Shown here piece after piece: positions 1 to 8,514 of a stretch of DNA of 46,479 nucleotides. Under the pieces are notes generated by a model that made no database searches, was not told the origin of the DNA, and worked only from the letters and a program-made list of their open reading frames with translations. The DNA lies in the NCBI GenBank assembly GCA_019639095.1, contig JAHBSN010000001.1, positions 1 through 46,479 of the forward strand. The letters run 5' to 3'. Every line of letters starts with the position of its first letter. Position 1 is the first letter of the stretch. A program made the translations under genes and the position numbers. The DNA comes from Actinomycetota bacterium (lineage in GTDB: Bacteria; Actinomycetota; Acidimicrobiia; Acidimicrobiales; Iamiaceae).

Positions 1-1190
1 AGGTCGCCCCAGGTGGGGCAGCACCCCGCGGGGCCCCGGAGGCGTCGGTCGACCAGGTCGTGGGCGTACTCGGGCTTGCGCACGGCGTAGGACTTGAGGA
101 GCTGGATCTGGGCTCGCACCCCCATCTCGGGCGACGGGAAGCGCCAGCCCGAGGCGCAGGTGTCGCAGTGGCCGATGCCGGAGAAGTTGTTGGCGTTGAC
201 CGTGTCGTCGTTGGCGAAGCCACCGGTCTCGAGCACGGCCTGGGCGAAGGCGATGTCGCCGCGGATGCCCTCGGCGCGGCCCTCGTCGATGAACCAGCGG
301 GCGTAGTCCTCGATGGGGGTGGACACGCGCGGCCGGTAGGAGGTGGTGCGGAACCAGCCGGCGAGGTCGCCGGCGTTGAGTCGGGGCATCCCGATGAGCG
401 ACACCCCCTCGGGCACCAGGCCGGCGGGTGACCGGGAGAGGCGGGCCCGGGCGCGGGCGGCATCCGCGGCGGCCTCCTCGTGGGCGGCGATGGCGTCGGC
501 CTCGTCCCGGGCCCGGTCGGCGGCCACCTCGGTCCGGGCGTTGGCCTCGTCCTGGGCTGCCTTCTGCTTGGTGCGCGCCGCCACCAGCGCCTTGCGGGCG
601 GTGCTGGCGTCCTTGCGGGCCTCGGCGGTGACCTCCTCCTGGCGCTGGAGCACCTGGTCGAACATCACGGCGCGGCCGGCGGCGGGGTCGGTGGTGTCGC
701 CCTTCACCAGCGCCCGGTACTCGTCCAGGCTCACCTCGCCGCCGGTGACGTAGGCGCGCACGGTGAGGTCGGAGAGGCGGTCCCGCTCGAGGGTGAGCTC
801 GTTGCGGGTGTCGTCTCGCCGCTTCGTGGCCGCGGCGGTGCGCTTCTTGGCCGCGTTGAGCGCGGTGGCGGCGGTGAAGAGGGCGGCGTCGGCCTCGTCG
901 GAGGCGGCCACCGCGGCGAGCCGGACCGTGGCCGCGTCGAGGGCGGCCTGGTCGGCCTCGACGACGGCGGCGAAGGGATCGTCGGGCGAGGGCGGGGCAT
1001 CGGGCTCGAGCTCCAGCGTGGCCTCGCGCGCCTCGGCGATGCGCCGCTCGGCCTTGTCGTCGGGGTTCGCGGCCTGCTGGCCGAGCGCCGGCGCCGGCAC
1101 GACCGACGCGGCCAGCGCCACCGCGAGCGCGCCGGCCGCCAGCCGGAGGCGCGGCCGGAACCGGGGCGCGGGCGGGCGGAGCGTTCGCAT
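1..1190 (-). CDS. Secreted coiled-coil + glucosaminidase (GH73/FlgJ-like) peptidoglycan hydrolase, 3' end beyond the window edge
   Basis: Not in the ORF track because there is no stop in the window. My translation from ATG 1190 gives a signal peptide (MRTLRPPAPRFRPRLRLAAGALAVALAASVVPAPALGQ), an Ala/Glu-rich coiled coil, then GIRGDIAFAQAVLETGGF...NNFSGIGHCDTC...FPSPEMGVRAQIQLLKSYA, typical of the glucosaminidase domain. Confidence 0.85.
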   Translation of the reverse strand, partial: MRTLRPPAPRFRPRLRLAAGALAVALAASVVPAPALGQQAANPDDKAERRIAEAREATLELEPDAPPSPDDPFAAVVEADQAALDAATVRLAAVAASDEADAALFTAATALNAAKKRTAAATKRRDDTRNELTLERDRLSDLTVRAYVTGGEVSLDEYRALVKGDTTDPAAGRAVMFDQVLQRQEEVTAEARKDASTARKALVAARTKQKAAQDEANARTEVAADRARDEADAIAAHEEAAADAARARARLSRSPAGLVPEGVSLIGMPRLNAGDLAGWFRTTSYRPRVSTPIEDYARWFIDEGRAEGIRGDIAFAQAVLETGGFANDDTVNANNFSGIGHCDTCASGWRFPSPEMGVRAQIQLLKSYAVRKPEYAHDLVDRRLRGPAGCCPTWGD

Positions 1191-1198
1191 GGCTCCGT

Positions 1199-1227
1199 CT
1201 ATCGGCACCGATGTGGTTCCACTCAAG
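1199..1227 (-). promoter_or_regulatory. Possible sigma28/FliA-WhiG-type promoter (CTTGAG-N15-GCCGATAG)
   Basis: GCCGATAG resembles the sigma28 -10 box and lies 8 nt upstream of the glucosaminidase ATG. The spacing matches the motif at 37592-37620, but the -35 box is divergent. Confidence 0.35.
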
Positions 1228-1293
1228 CTGTCAGGTCCCCCGTCACGCCGGCCCGAGAGTCTACGAGGACCCCCGGGCCGACGGAAGGGCAGC

Positions 1294-2409
1294 TCAGATG
1301 CCGATGCGCTGGGCGAGCAGCTCCCGGTGGTAGGTGGGATCGCCGAAGAGCAGCTCCGACGACTTCGCCCGCTTGAAGTAGAGGTGGGCCGGGTGCTCCC
1401 AGGTGAAGCCGATGCCACCGTGGATCTGGATGTTCTCGGCAGCGGCGTGGAAGTACGCCTCCGAGCAGTAGGCCTTGGCCAGCGACGCCACCGACGGCAG
1501 CTCGTCGTTGAGCTCGGCGGCGCACCAGCCGGCGTAGTAGGCGGCCGACTTGGCCGACTCGACCTCGAGCAGCATGTCGGCGCACTTGTGCTTGATGGCC
1601 TGGAACGAGCCGATCGGGCGACCGAACTGCACGCGGTCCTTGGCGTACTGCACGGCCATCTCGAGGCACTTCTGGGCGCCGCCCACCTGCTCGGCGGCGA
1701 GGCCCACGGCGGCGAGGTCGAGCACCCGCTCGAGCACGGCCCAGCCGCCGCCGTCGGTGCCGATGAGGCGACCGGGCACGTCGGCGAGGTCGAGCTTGGC
1801 CTGCTTGCGGGTCTGGTCCATGGTGGACAGCGCGGTGCGGGTGAGGCCCGACGCGTCGCCGTCGACGGCGAAGAGGCTCACGCCGGCCGAGGTGCGGGCC
1901 GCCACGATGATCAGCGACGCGGTGTGGCCGTCGAGCACGTAGCTCTTGGAGCCGTTCAGCTTCCACGAGTCGCCGTCGGCGGTGGCCGTGGCGGTGATGC
2001 CCTCCTCGTCCCAGCGGCCGTTGTCCTCGGTGAAGGCCAGCGTGGCGATGGTCTCGCCCGACGCGATGCCCGGGAGGAGGTCGGCCTTGGCGGCGTCGTC
2101 GCCCGAGTGGATCAGCGTGTTGGCGGCGAGCACCACGGTGGAGAAGAACGGGGCGCAGAGCAGGGCGCGGCCCATCTCCTCGAGGATCACGATGAGCTCG
2201 ATGTAGCCGTACCCCGAGCCGCCGAACTCCTCGGGGATGACCAGGCCCTGCAGGCCCATCTGCTCGCCCATCTGGCTCCACACGGCGGCGTCGTAGCCGG
2301 CCTCGGTGTCCATCTGCTCGCGCACGGCGGCCTCGTCGGACTTGGCCTCGAGGAACTGCCGGGTGGTCTTGCGGAGCTCTTCCTGCTCCTCGTTGAACGC
2401 GAAGTTCAC
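1294..2409 (-). CDS. Acyl-CoA dehydrogenase (FadE family, 371 aa)
   Basis: GTG start at 2409 after a G-rich SD. Motifs MNFAFNEEQEELR, IPEEFGGSG, YAKDRVQFGRPIGSFQAIKH and IQIHGGIGFTWE. Confidence 0.93.
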   Translation of the reverse strand: MNFAFNEEQEELRKTTRQFLEAKSDEAAVREQMDTEAGYDAAVWSQMGEQMGLQGLVIPEEFGGSGYGYIELIVILEEMGRALLCAPFFSTVVLAANTLIHSGDDAAKADLLPGIASGETIATLAFTEDNGRWDEEGITATATADGDSWKLNGSKSYVLDGHTASLIIVAARTSAGVSLFAVDGDASGLTRTALSTMDQTRKQAKLDLADVPGRLIGTDGGGWAVLERVLDLAAVGLAAEQVGGAQKCLEMAVQYAKDRVQFGRPIGSFQAIKHKCADMLLEVESAKSAAYYAGWCAAELNDELPSVASLAKAYCSEAYFHAAAENIQIHGGIGFTWEHPAHLYFKRAKSSELLFGDPTYHRELLAQRIGI

Positions 2410-2486
2410 GCTTCCCCCTGTGGGTGGTGGCGGTGGGTGTCGCCGGCGATGGTGCCACGCCGCCCGACGCCGGCGCCCGTCGCCCG

Positions 2487-2505
2487 GTGTACGCATGTGT
2501 ACGCT
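2487..2505 (+). promoter_or_regulatory. Probable TA autoregulation operator overlapping the -10 box TACGCT
   Basis: GTGTACGC-AT-GTGTACGC direct repeat containing the near-palindrome GTACGCATGTGTAC. TACGCT (2500-2505) sits 6 nt before the antitoxin ATG. Confidence 0.55.
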
Positions 2506-2511
2506 CGGGGG

Positions 2512-2805
2512 ATGGCCAGCGACCCGGAGCGCCTCGGCATCCGCGAGCTGCGGGGCCGGCTCACCTCCCTCGTGCGGCGCGCCGGCGCCGGCGAGCGGGT
2601 GGTGATCACCATCGCCGGGCGCCCCGTGGCCCAGCTCGGGCCGGTGGAGCCCGCCACCGCGGCGCCCACCATCGACGACCTCGTGGCGCGCGGCCTGCTC
2701 GAGCCGGCCCGGCGCGGCGACCGCCCCGCCGACCCCGGGGTGCGGGTCGATAGCTGGACCGGCCGGCGGCTCGACCACGCGCTGCGGGAGGTGCGGGGCG
2801 CATGA
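2512..2805 (+). CDS. vapB: Phd/YefM-family antitoxin (VapB)
   Basis: MASDPERLGIRELRGRLTSLVRRAGAGERVVITIAGRPVAQLGPV is a Phd-type N-terminus. ATGA overlap with the downstream PIN gene. Confidence 0.88.
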   Translation: MASDPERLGIRELRGRLTSLVRRAGAGERVVITIAGRPVAQLGPVEPATAAPTIDDLVARGLLEPARRGDRPADPGVRVDSWTGRRLDHALREVRGA

Positions 2806-3206
2806 CGCTCGCCCTCGACACGTCGGCCCTGCTCGGCCGCTACCTCTCCGGGCCCCACCGCGCCGTGGTGCTCGACGCCATGGCCGCCGACCCGGTGTGG
2901 TGCGCGGCGGCGCTCGCCCGCACCGAGGCGCTGGGGATGGTGGACCGGGTGTGCGACCTGCCCACCGACGGCGACCGCCTCCGCCGCGCCCTGCGCGACG
3001 ACTGGGAGCGCATCCACGTCGTCCCCCTGGACCAGCGCTGCCTCGACCGGGCCGCCGAGCTGACCCGGGAGCAGCCCCTGCGCACCGTGGACGCCCTGCA
3101 CCTCGCCGCCGCCGACCGCCTCCCCCGCCCGGTCACGTTCGTCACCTTCGATCCCCGCCAGATCCCCGTGGCCCTCGCCCTCGGCTTCGAGGTGGCCTCC
3201 ACCTGA
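2802..3206 (+). CDS. vapC: VapC-family PIN-domain toxin
   Basis: 134 aa with the PIN acidic residues in LDTSAL, RTEA, VDALHLAAA and VTFD. Confidence 0.9.
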   Translation: MTLALDTSALLGRYLSGPHRAVVLDAMAADPVWCAAALARTEALGMVDRVCDLPTDGDRLRRALRDDWERIHVVPLDQRCLDRAAELTREQPLRTVDALHLAAADRLPRPVTFVTFDPRQIPVALALGFEVAST

Positions 3207-3315
3207 CGCCGGGGTGACCTCGGGGTGTGACCGACAACCACCCCGGCCAGGTGGACCCCCCGGGTGGGGGGCGGCCTACGATCGCCCCGGCGGGCCACGG
3301 CGGTCGTGTCCGCCC

Positions 3316-3408
3316 CGACATCGCAGGCTGCTCCCCTCCCCGGGTCGATGCCGCCCCTCGTCCGACGGCGCCCCGGCCAACCCTCCCCCCCAGGTCGGGG
3401 CGCCGTCG
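3316..3408 (+). ncRNA. Probable 6C RNA (actinobacterial sRNA with two C-rich-loop hairpins)
   Basis: Intergenic. Hairpin 1 is CGACAUCG...CUCCCCUCCCC...CGAUGCCG. A short linker CCCCUCGUC follows. Hairpin 2 is a 16-bp stem CGACGGCGCCCCGGCC/GGUCGGGGCGCCGUCG with loop AACCCUCCCCCCCA. An upstream -10 TACGAT at 3277-3282 suggests a 5' end near 3289. Confidence 0.72.
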
Positions 3409-3440
3409 ACTCCTCCCGCCGATCCGGGCACACTTGGACC

Positions 3441-4052
3441 ATGAGCACGCTCGTCTGGTCCGATGCCCGCGCCGAGGTCCACCAGGTGGTGGTCGGGCCC
3501 ATGGACAACAACGTGTACGTGCTGCGGTGCCGCGAGACCGGCGACGCCGTGCTGCTCGACGCCGCCAACGAGCACGAGCGCCTGCTCGACCTGTGCCGCG
3601 CCCTCGGCGTGCGCGAGGTGCTCGAGACCCACGGGCATTGGGACCACATCCAGGCCGTGCCCGAGCTGCGCGACGCCGGCTACTCGGTGCACGTCACCGC
3701 CGAGGACGCCGGGATGCTGCCCAGCTACGACGAACTGCTGGCCGACGAGTCGGTGATCGAGGTCGGCCGCCTGCGCCTCCACACGATCCACACGCCGGGC
3801 CACACCCCGGGATCGATGTGCTTCCGGCTCGACGGCGCGCCGATCCTCTTCAGCGGCGACACCCTCTTCCCCGGCGGCGTGGGCAACACCTCGTTCGAGG
3901 GCGGCGACTTCGACACGATCATCGCCTCGGTGGAGGACCGCCTGTTCCGCCCCCTCGCCGCCGACACGATCGTGCTCCCCGGCCACGGCGACAAGACCAC
4001 CCTCGGCACCGAGTCGCCCCACCTCCAGGAGTGGATCGACCGCCGCTGGTGA
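3441..4052 (+). CDS. MBL-fold metallo-hydrolase (glyoxalase II-like)
   Basis: [22 protein letters not shown] and PGHG motifs. ATG 3441 lies 6 nt after CACACT. Confidence 0.92.
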   Translation: MSTLVWSDARAEVHQVVVGPMDNNVYVLRCRETGDAVLLDAANEHERLLDLCRALGVREVLETHGHWDHIQAVPELRDAGYSVHVTAEDAGMLPSYDELLADESVIEVGRLRLHTIHTPGHTPGSMCFRLDGAPILFSGDTLFPGGVGNTSFEGGDFDTIIASVEDRLFRPLAADTIVLPGHGDKTTLGTESPHLQEWIDRRW

Positions 4053-4088
4053 CCCGGCCCACCGGCAACCCCGTGGGAGGCTGGCGAG

Positions 4089-4490
4089 GTGACCGAACCC
4101 GAGCCGGAGCGCGCCCCGTCCATCCCCGTGGAGGAGCGACCGGCCGATCCCGGGCCGTTCCACACCGCCGACCTGCCGCCCACGCCCCAGCGCGACCGGG
4201 CCATCGAGGCACCCGCGTGGCTCGAGGCCCCGGGCGAGCTGCTGGCGCTGGCCGACGAGCTCGGCTCGCCACCCGCCCGCTACCTCCGTCGGATCGGCCC
4301 GTGGCTGCTGTGGCGCGCCGGACCGCCCCGCGGCGCCGACGCCCGATACTGGGCCGCCCTCGCCGACGACCTGTCGACCCAGTCCACCTTCGCCCTCTTC
4401 CCCGACGGCACGGGCTCGGGCACCGGCCCGAGCGGCACCACCCACGACCGCTTCCGGTCGTGGAAGGAGGACCTCCGCGACCACGCCTGA
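4089..4490 (+). CDS. Hypothetical protein (133 aa)
   Basis: GGAGG SD 8 nt before the GTG, high-GC3 codon pattern and protein-like composition. No family recognised. Confidence 0.7.
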   Translation: MTEPEPERAPSIPVEERPADPGPFHTADLPPTPQRDRAIEAPAWLEAPGELLALADELGSPPARYLRRIGPWLLWRAGPPRGADARYWAALADDLSTQSTFALFPDGTGSGTGPSGTTHDRFRSWKEDLRDHA

Positions 4491-4491
4491 T

Positions 4492-4543
4492 CGTTCTCGC
4501 TGGAGATCGCGTCGCTCGGCGACGCGATCTCCCACCAGAACGG
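4492..4543. repeat. REP-like hairpin between convergent genes, likely also a bidirectional terminator
   Basis: Perfect 14-bp stem GGAGATCGCGTCGC-tcg-GCGACGCGATCTCC, framed by CGTTCT...CACCAGAACGG, the same end as the repeats at 25959-26096. Confidence 0.7.
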
Positions 4544-4544
4544 G

Positions 4545-5670
4545 TCAGGCGTCGGCGCCCTCGGGGTCGAGGTCGAGGGCGAGGCTGTTCATGCAGTAGC
4601 GGAGGCCGCCGCGGTCCGCCGGCCCGTCGGGGAACACGTGGCCGAGGTGCGAGTGGCACCGGCCGCAGCGGACCTCGGTGCGGACCATGCCGTGGGAACG
4701 GTCCTCGACCACCTCGACGGCGTCGGGCGACACCGCCTCGGTGAAGCTCGGCCACCCGCTCCCGGAGTGGAACTTGGCCTCGCTGCGGTAGAGCGGGTTG
4801 CCGCACGCCATGCAGCGGTAGAGGCCCGGGTCCTCGGTGTCGGTGTAGGCGCCGGTGAAGGCCCGCTCGGTGCCGGCGCGGCGCAGCACCTCGTACTGGG
4901 CCGGGTCGAGTCGGGCGCGCCACTCGTCGTCGGTGGACGGGAGCGGCTTCAGCTTGGGATCGGCGGCGGCCGCGTCGCCCTCGGACGCGCCCGGCGCCGC
5001 CGACCCCGCCGGCACCTCGGCCTCGTACCCGGTGGGCGGCAGCGAGCAGGTGACCCCCGTGCCCTTGAGCCCGCAGTACCCGTTGGGCACCTTGTGCAGG
5101 TACTGCTGGTGGTACTCCTCGGCGAAGTAGAAGGCCCCGGCCGAGGCCAGCTCGGTCATGATCGGGCCCTTGCCGGCGTCGGCCAGCGCCTTCGCGTAGG
5201 CGTCCACCGCCATGCGGGCCTCGTGCTCCTGGGCGTCGGTGGTCCAGTAGATGCCCGAGCGGTACTGCGTGCCGACGTCGTTGCCCTGGCGGTTCTCCTG
5301 GGTGGGGTCGTGCTCGTTGAAGAACACCTCGAGCAGCTGGCGGTACGGCACCACCGTGGGTCGTAGGCCACCAGGACCTCGGTGTGGCCGGTGAGCCTTC
5401 GGTGCAGGTCTCCTCGTAGGTGGGGTTGGGCGTGAACCCGGCGGTGTAGCCCACCGCGGTGGACCACACGCCGGGCAGGTTCCAGAAGAGCCGCTCGGCG
5501 CCCCAGAAGCACCCGAGGGCGAAGATGGCCACCTCCATCCCCTCGGGGAACGGCGGCACGATGCGGTGCCTGCTGACGCGGCGTACGCCGCTGATCTCGA
5601 AGGCCGGCTCGTCACGTCCGGGCAGGGCGGTCTGGGCGGTGGGCATCTCGGGGTTGCGGTTCCAGAACAT
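4545..5670 (-). CDS. msrAB: Bifunctional methionine sulfoxide reductase MsrA-MsrB fusion (frameshifted around 5355-5400 in this sequence)
   Basis: MsrA motifs [36 protein letters not shown] and AEEYHQQYL are spread over three frames. MsrB follows in frame ([37 protein letters not shown]). Confidence 0.88.
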
Positions 5671-5792
5671 CTCGGGCCTCCTGGCCCCGGCGACGGCTCG
5701 CCGGGTGGTCGCACCATGCAACAGCGCCTGGTACCCCGTTCTGGTCCCGTCGACCGGACGAATCCGCGGATCGTCCCGGAACCGTCGCACCT

Positions 5793-5823
5793 ATTACCAC
5801 TATCGCCGTAGTGCTAATACACT
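5793..5823 (+). promoter_or_regulatory. Palindromic operator ATTACCACTA-N6-TAGTGCTAAT abutting the -10 box TACACT of sufC
   Basis: AT-rich inverted repeat (9/10 bp) in GC-rich DNA, 19/26 identical to a site upstream of sufB (24805-24830). Confidence 0.7.
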
Positions 5824-5829
5824 GGACCC

Positions 5830-6585
<756 letters not shown>

Positions 6586-6589
<4 letters not shown>

Positions 6590-7848
6590 GCGCCGTGACC
6601 CGGCCCACCGACGTGCTCGACACCGCCGCCATCAAGGCCGACTTCCCGCTGCTGGGCCGCACCGTGGCGGCCGGACCGATCGTGTACCTGGACTCGGCGG
6701 CATCGTCGCAGAAGCCCCGAGCGGTCATCGACGCCATGACCGAGTACTACGAGACGATCAACGCCAACGTGCACCGTGGCGTCTACGAGATCGCCGAGGC
6801 GGCCACCAACGCCATGGAGGCGGCCCGGCTGCGCGTCGGCCGGTTCATCGGGGCGCCAAGGCCGGCCACCGAGGTGCTGTTCTCGAAGAACGCCACCGAG
6901 TCGCTCAACTCCGTCGCCCGGTCGGGGCGCGGCCAACCTCGGCCCGCGGGCACGCCAAAGCGCTCACCCAGCTCGAGCACCACGCCAACATCGTCCCCTG
7001 GTTCCAGCTCCAGGCCGAGTAGAAGGGCTTCGAGATCCGCGATCTCCGCTCACCGCCGACGCCAAGCTCGACCTCACCGAGATCGACCGGCTGCTCGACG
7101 GCGTGAAGCTGCTCGGCCCCTCACCGCCATGTCGAACGTGACCGGCACGCTCACCCCGGTGCGCGAGCTGGCCGACCGGGCCCACGCGGCCGGTGCGGTC
7201 GTGTGCCTCGACGCATGCCAGTACGTGCCCCACCTGGCCACGAACGTGGTGGACCTGGGCGTGGACTTCGCCGCCTTCTCGGGCCACAAGATGCTCGGCC
7301 CCACCGGCATCGGCGTCCTCTGGGGTCGCGAGGAGCTGCTCGAGGCCATGCCTCCGTTCCTGGGCGGCGGGGGGATGATCCTCAACGTCACCCTCGACGG
7401 CTTCGTGCCGGCCGACCTGCCGGCCAAGTTCGAGGCCGGCACCCCGCCCATCGCCGAGATCGTGGGCCTGCACGCGGCGGTCGACTACCTCGACCGGCTC
7501 GGCATGGAGGCGGTGCGCGAGCACGAGGTGAGCCTCACCGCCTACGCCCTGCGCACGCTGCACGACCGCCTGGGCGAGCAGCTCACCATCCACGGCCCCT
7601 CCGAGCCCGCCGAGCGCGGCGGCGTCCTGTCGATGGCGCTCGACGGCGTGCACCCCCACGACCTCTCGCAGGTGCTCGACCAGCACGCCGTGTGCGTGCG
7701 GCCCGGCCACCACTGCGCCAAGCCGCTGATGAAGGTGCTGGGCGTGGGCGCCACCGCCCGGGCGTCGTTCTACGTCTACAACGACACCGCCGACGTCGAT
7801 GCGTTGGCCGACGCCCTGGACGAGGCGGCAAGCTTCTTCTCGTTCTGA
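6586..7848 (+). CDS. sufS: Cysteine desulfurase SufS (compensating frameshifts around 6920-7125)
   Basis: [38 protein letters not shown] and RPGHHCAKP. The conserved [10 protein letters not shown] segment lies in a different frame. Confidence 0.92.
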
Positions 7849-7889
7849 CCGCTCCGGCGGTCGACCCGACCCCCACCAGCGAGGCAGCC

Positions 7890-8408
7890 ATGCCAGGACT
7901 CGAGGACCTGTACCGCGAGATCATCCTCGACCACTACCGCTCGCCCCGGAACCGGGGGGAGCTGGCGTCGCCCCCGGCGGTGCGGGTCGAGGGCTTCAAC
8001 CCGCTCTGCGGCGACGAGATCGTGGTCTACCTCGACGTCGACGACGCGGGCGTCGTGTCCGACATCCGCATCGGCGGCACCGGCTGCTCCATCAGCCAGT
8101 CGTCGGCCTCGATGATGTCGGCGGCGGTGAAGGGCAAGACGATCCCCGAGGTCAAGGCGCTCACCCGGGCGTTCAAGGGGATGATGTCGCTCCACGAGTC
8201 GTCGCTCGACGCCGAGGGGGCCGAGGGCTCGGGCGAGTCCGACGACGACGGGGCCGGCGACGCCGACGCCGCCCTCGACGCCGAGGTGAAGCTCGGCGAC
8301 CTCGAGGCGCTGCGCGGCGTGGTGAAGTTCCCGGTGCGCATCAAGTGCGCCACGTTGGCCTGGTACACCCTGCTCCAGGGCCTCGACGAGGCCGCTCCCG
8401 CCTCCTGA
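7890..8408 (+). CDS. sufU: SufU/NifU-family sulfur-transfer protein
   Basis: LEDLYREIILDHY, NPLCGDE, GCSISQSSAS and FPVRIKCATL, with an acidic low-complexity insertion. Confidence 0.93.
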   Translation: MPGLEDLYREIILDHYRSPRNRGELASPPAVRVEGFNPLCGDEIVVYLDVDDAGVVSDIRIGGTGCSISQSSASMMSAAVKGKTIPEVKALTRAFKGMMSLHESSLDAEGAEGSGESDDDGAGDADAALDAEVKLGDLEALRGVVKFPVRIKCATLAWYTLLQGLDEAAPAS

Positions 8409-8442
8409 CCCCGCCGGCGCCCCCTCCCACCTGGGCGTTCGC

Positions 8443-8469
8443 AAACCTGAGTAGGGGAATAGCAGGTTT
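8443..8469. promoter_or_regulatory. HAIR-like (HspR) operator upstream of lon
   Basis: AAACCTG-N13-CAGGTTT perfect inverted repeat. Its core CCTGAGT-N7-TAGCAGG has the geometry of HAIR (CTTGAGT-N7-ACTCAAG). lon is a known HspR target in streptomycetes. Confidence 0.5.
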
Positions 8470-8514
8470 CCTGGCATCGTTGTGTGAGTCCTCCCATCCC
8501 CCCGAGGAGCTCAC

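Noticed and set aside
1207-1227. HAIR site near the glucosaminidase gene
   Set aside because: Only one half-site (ACTCAAG) is present. The other arm does not match.
2512-3206. vapBC as a marker of a mobile or defence island
   Set aside because: No integrase, transposase, att-like repeats or compositional shift. The neighbours are housekeeping-type genes.
5794-5817. CIRCE (HrcA) element
   Set aside because: The arms resemble TTAGCACTC/GAGTGCTAA but the spacer is 6 nt rather than 9, and the related sufB site lacks the CIRCE arm.
7015-7030. Stop-codon recoding (TAG) in sufS
   Set aside because: The TAG lies in a stretch with several frame slips. Removing extra bases restores a normal reading, so error is the simpler explanation.
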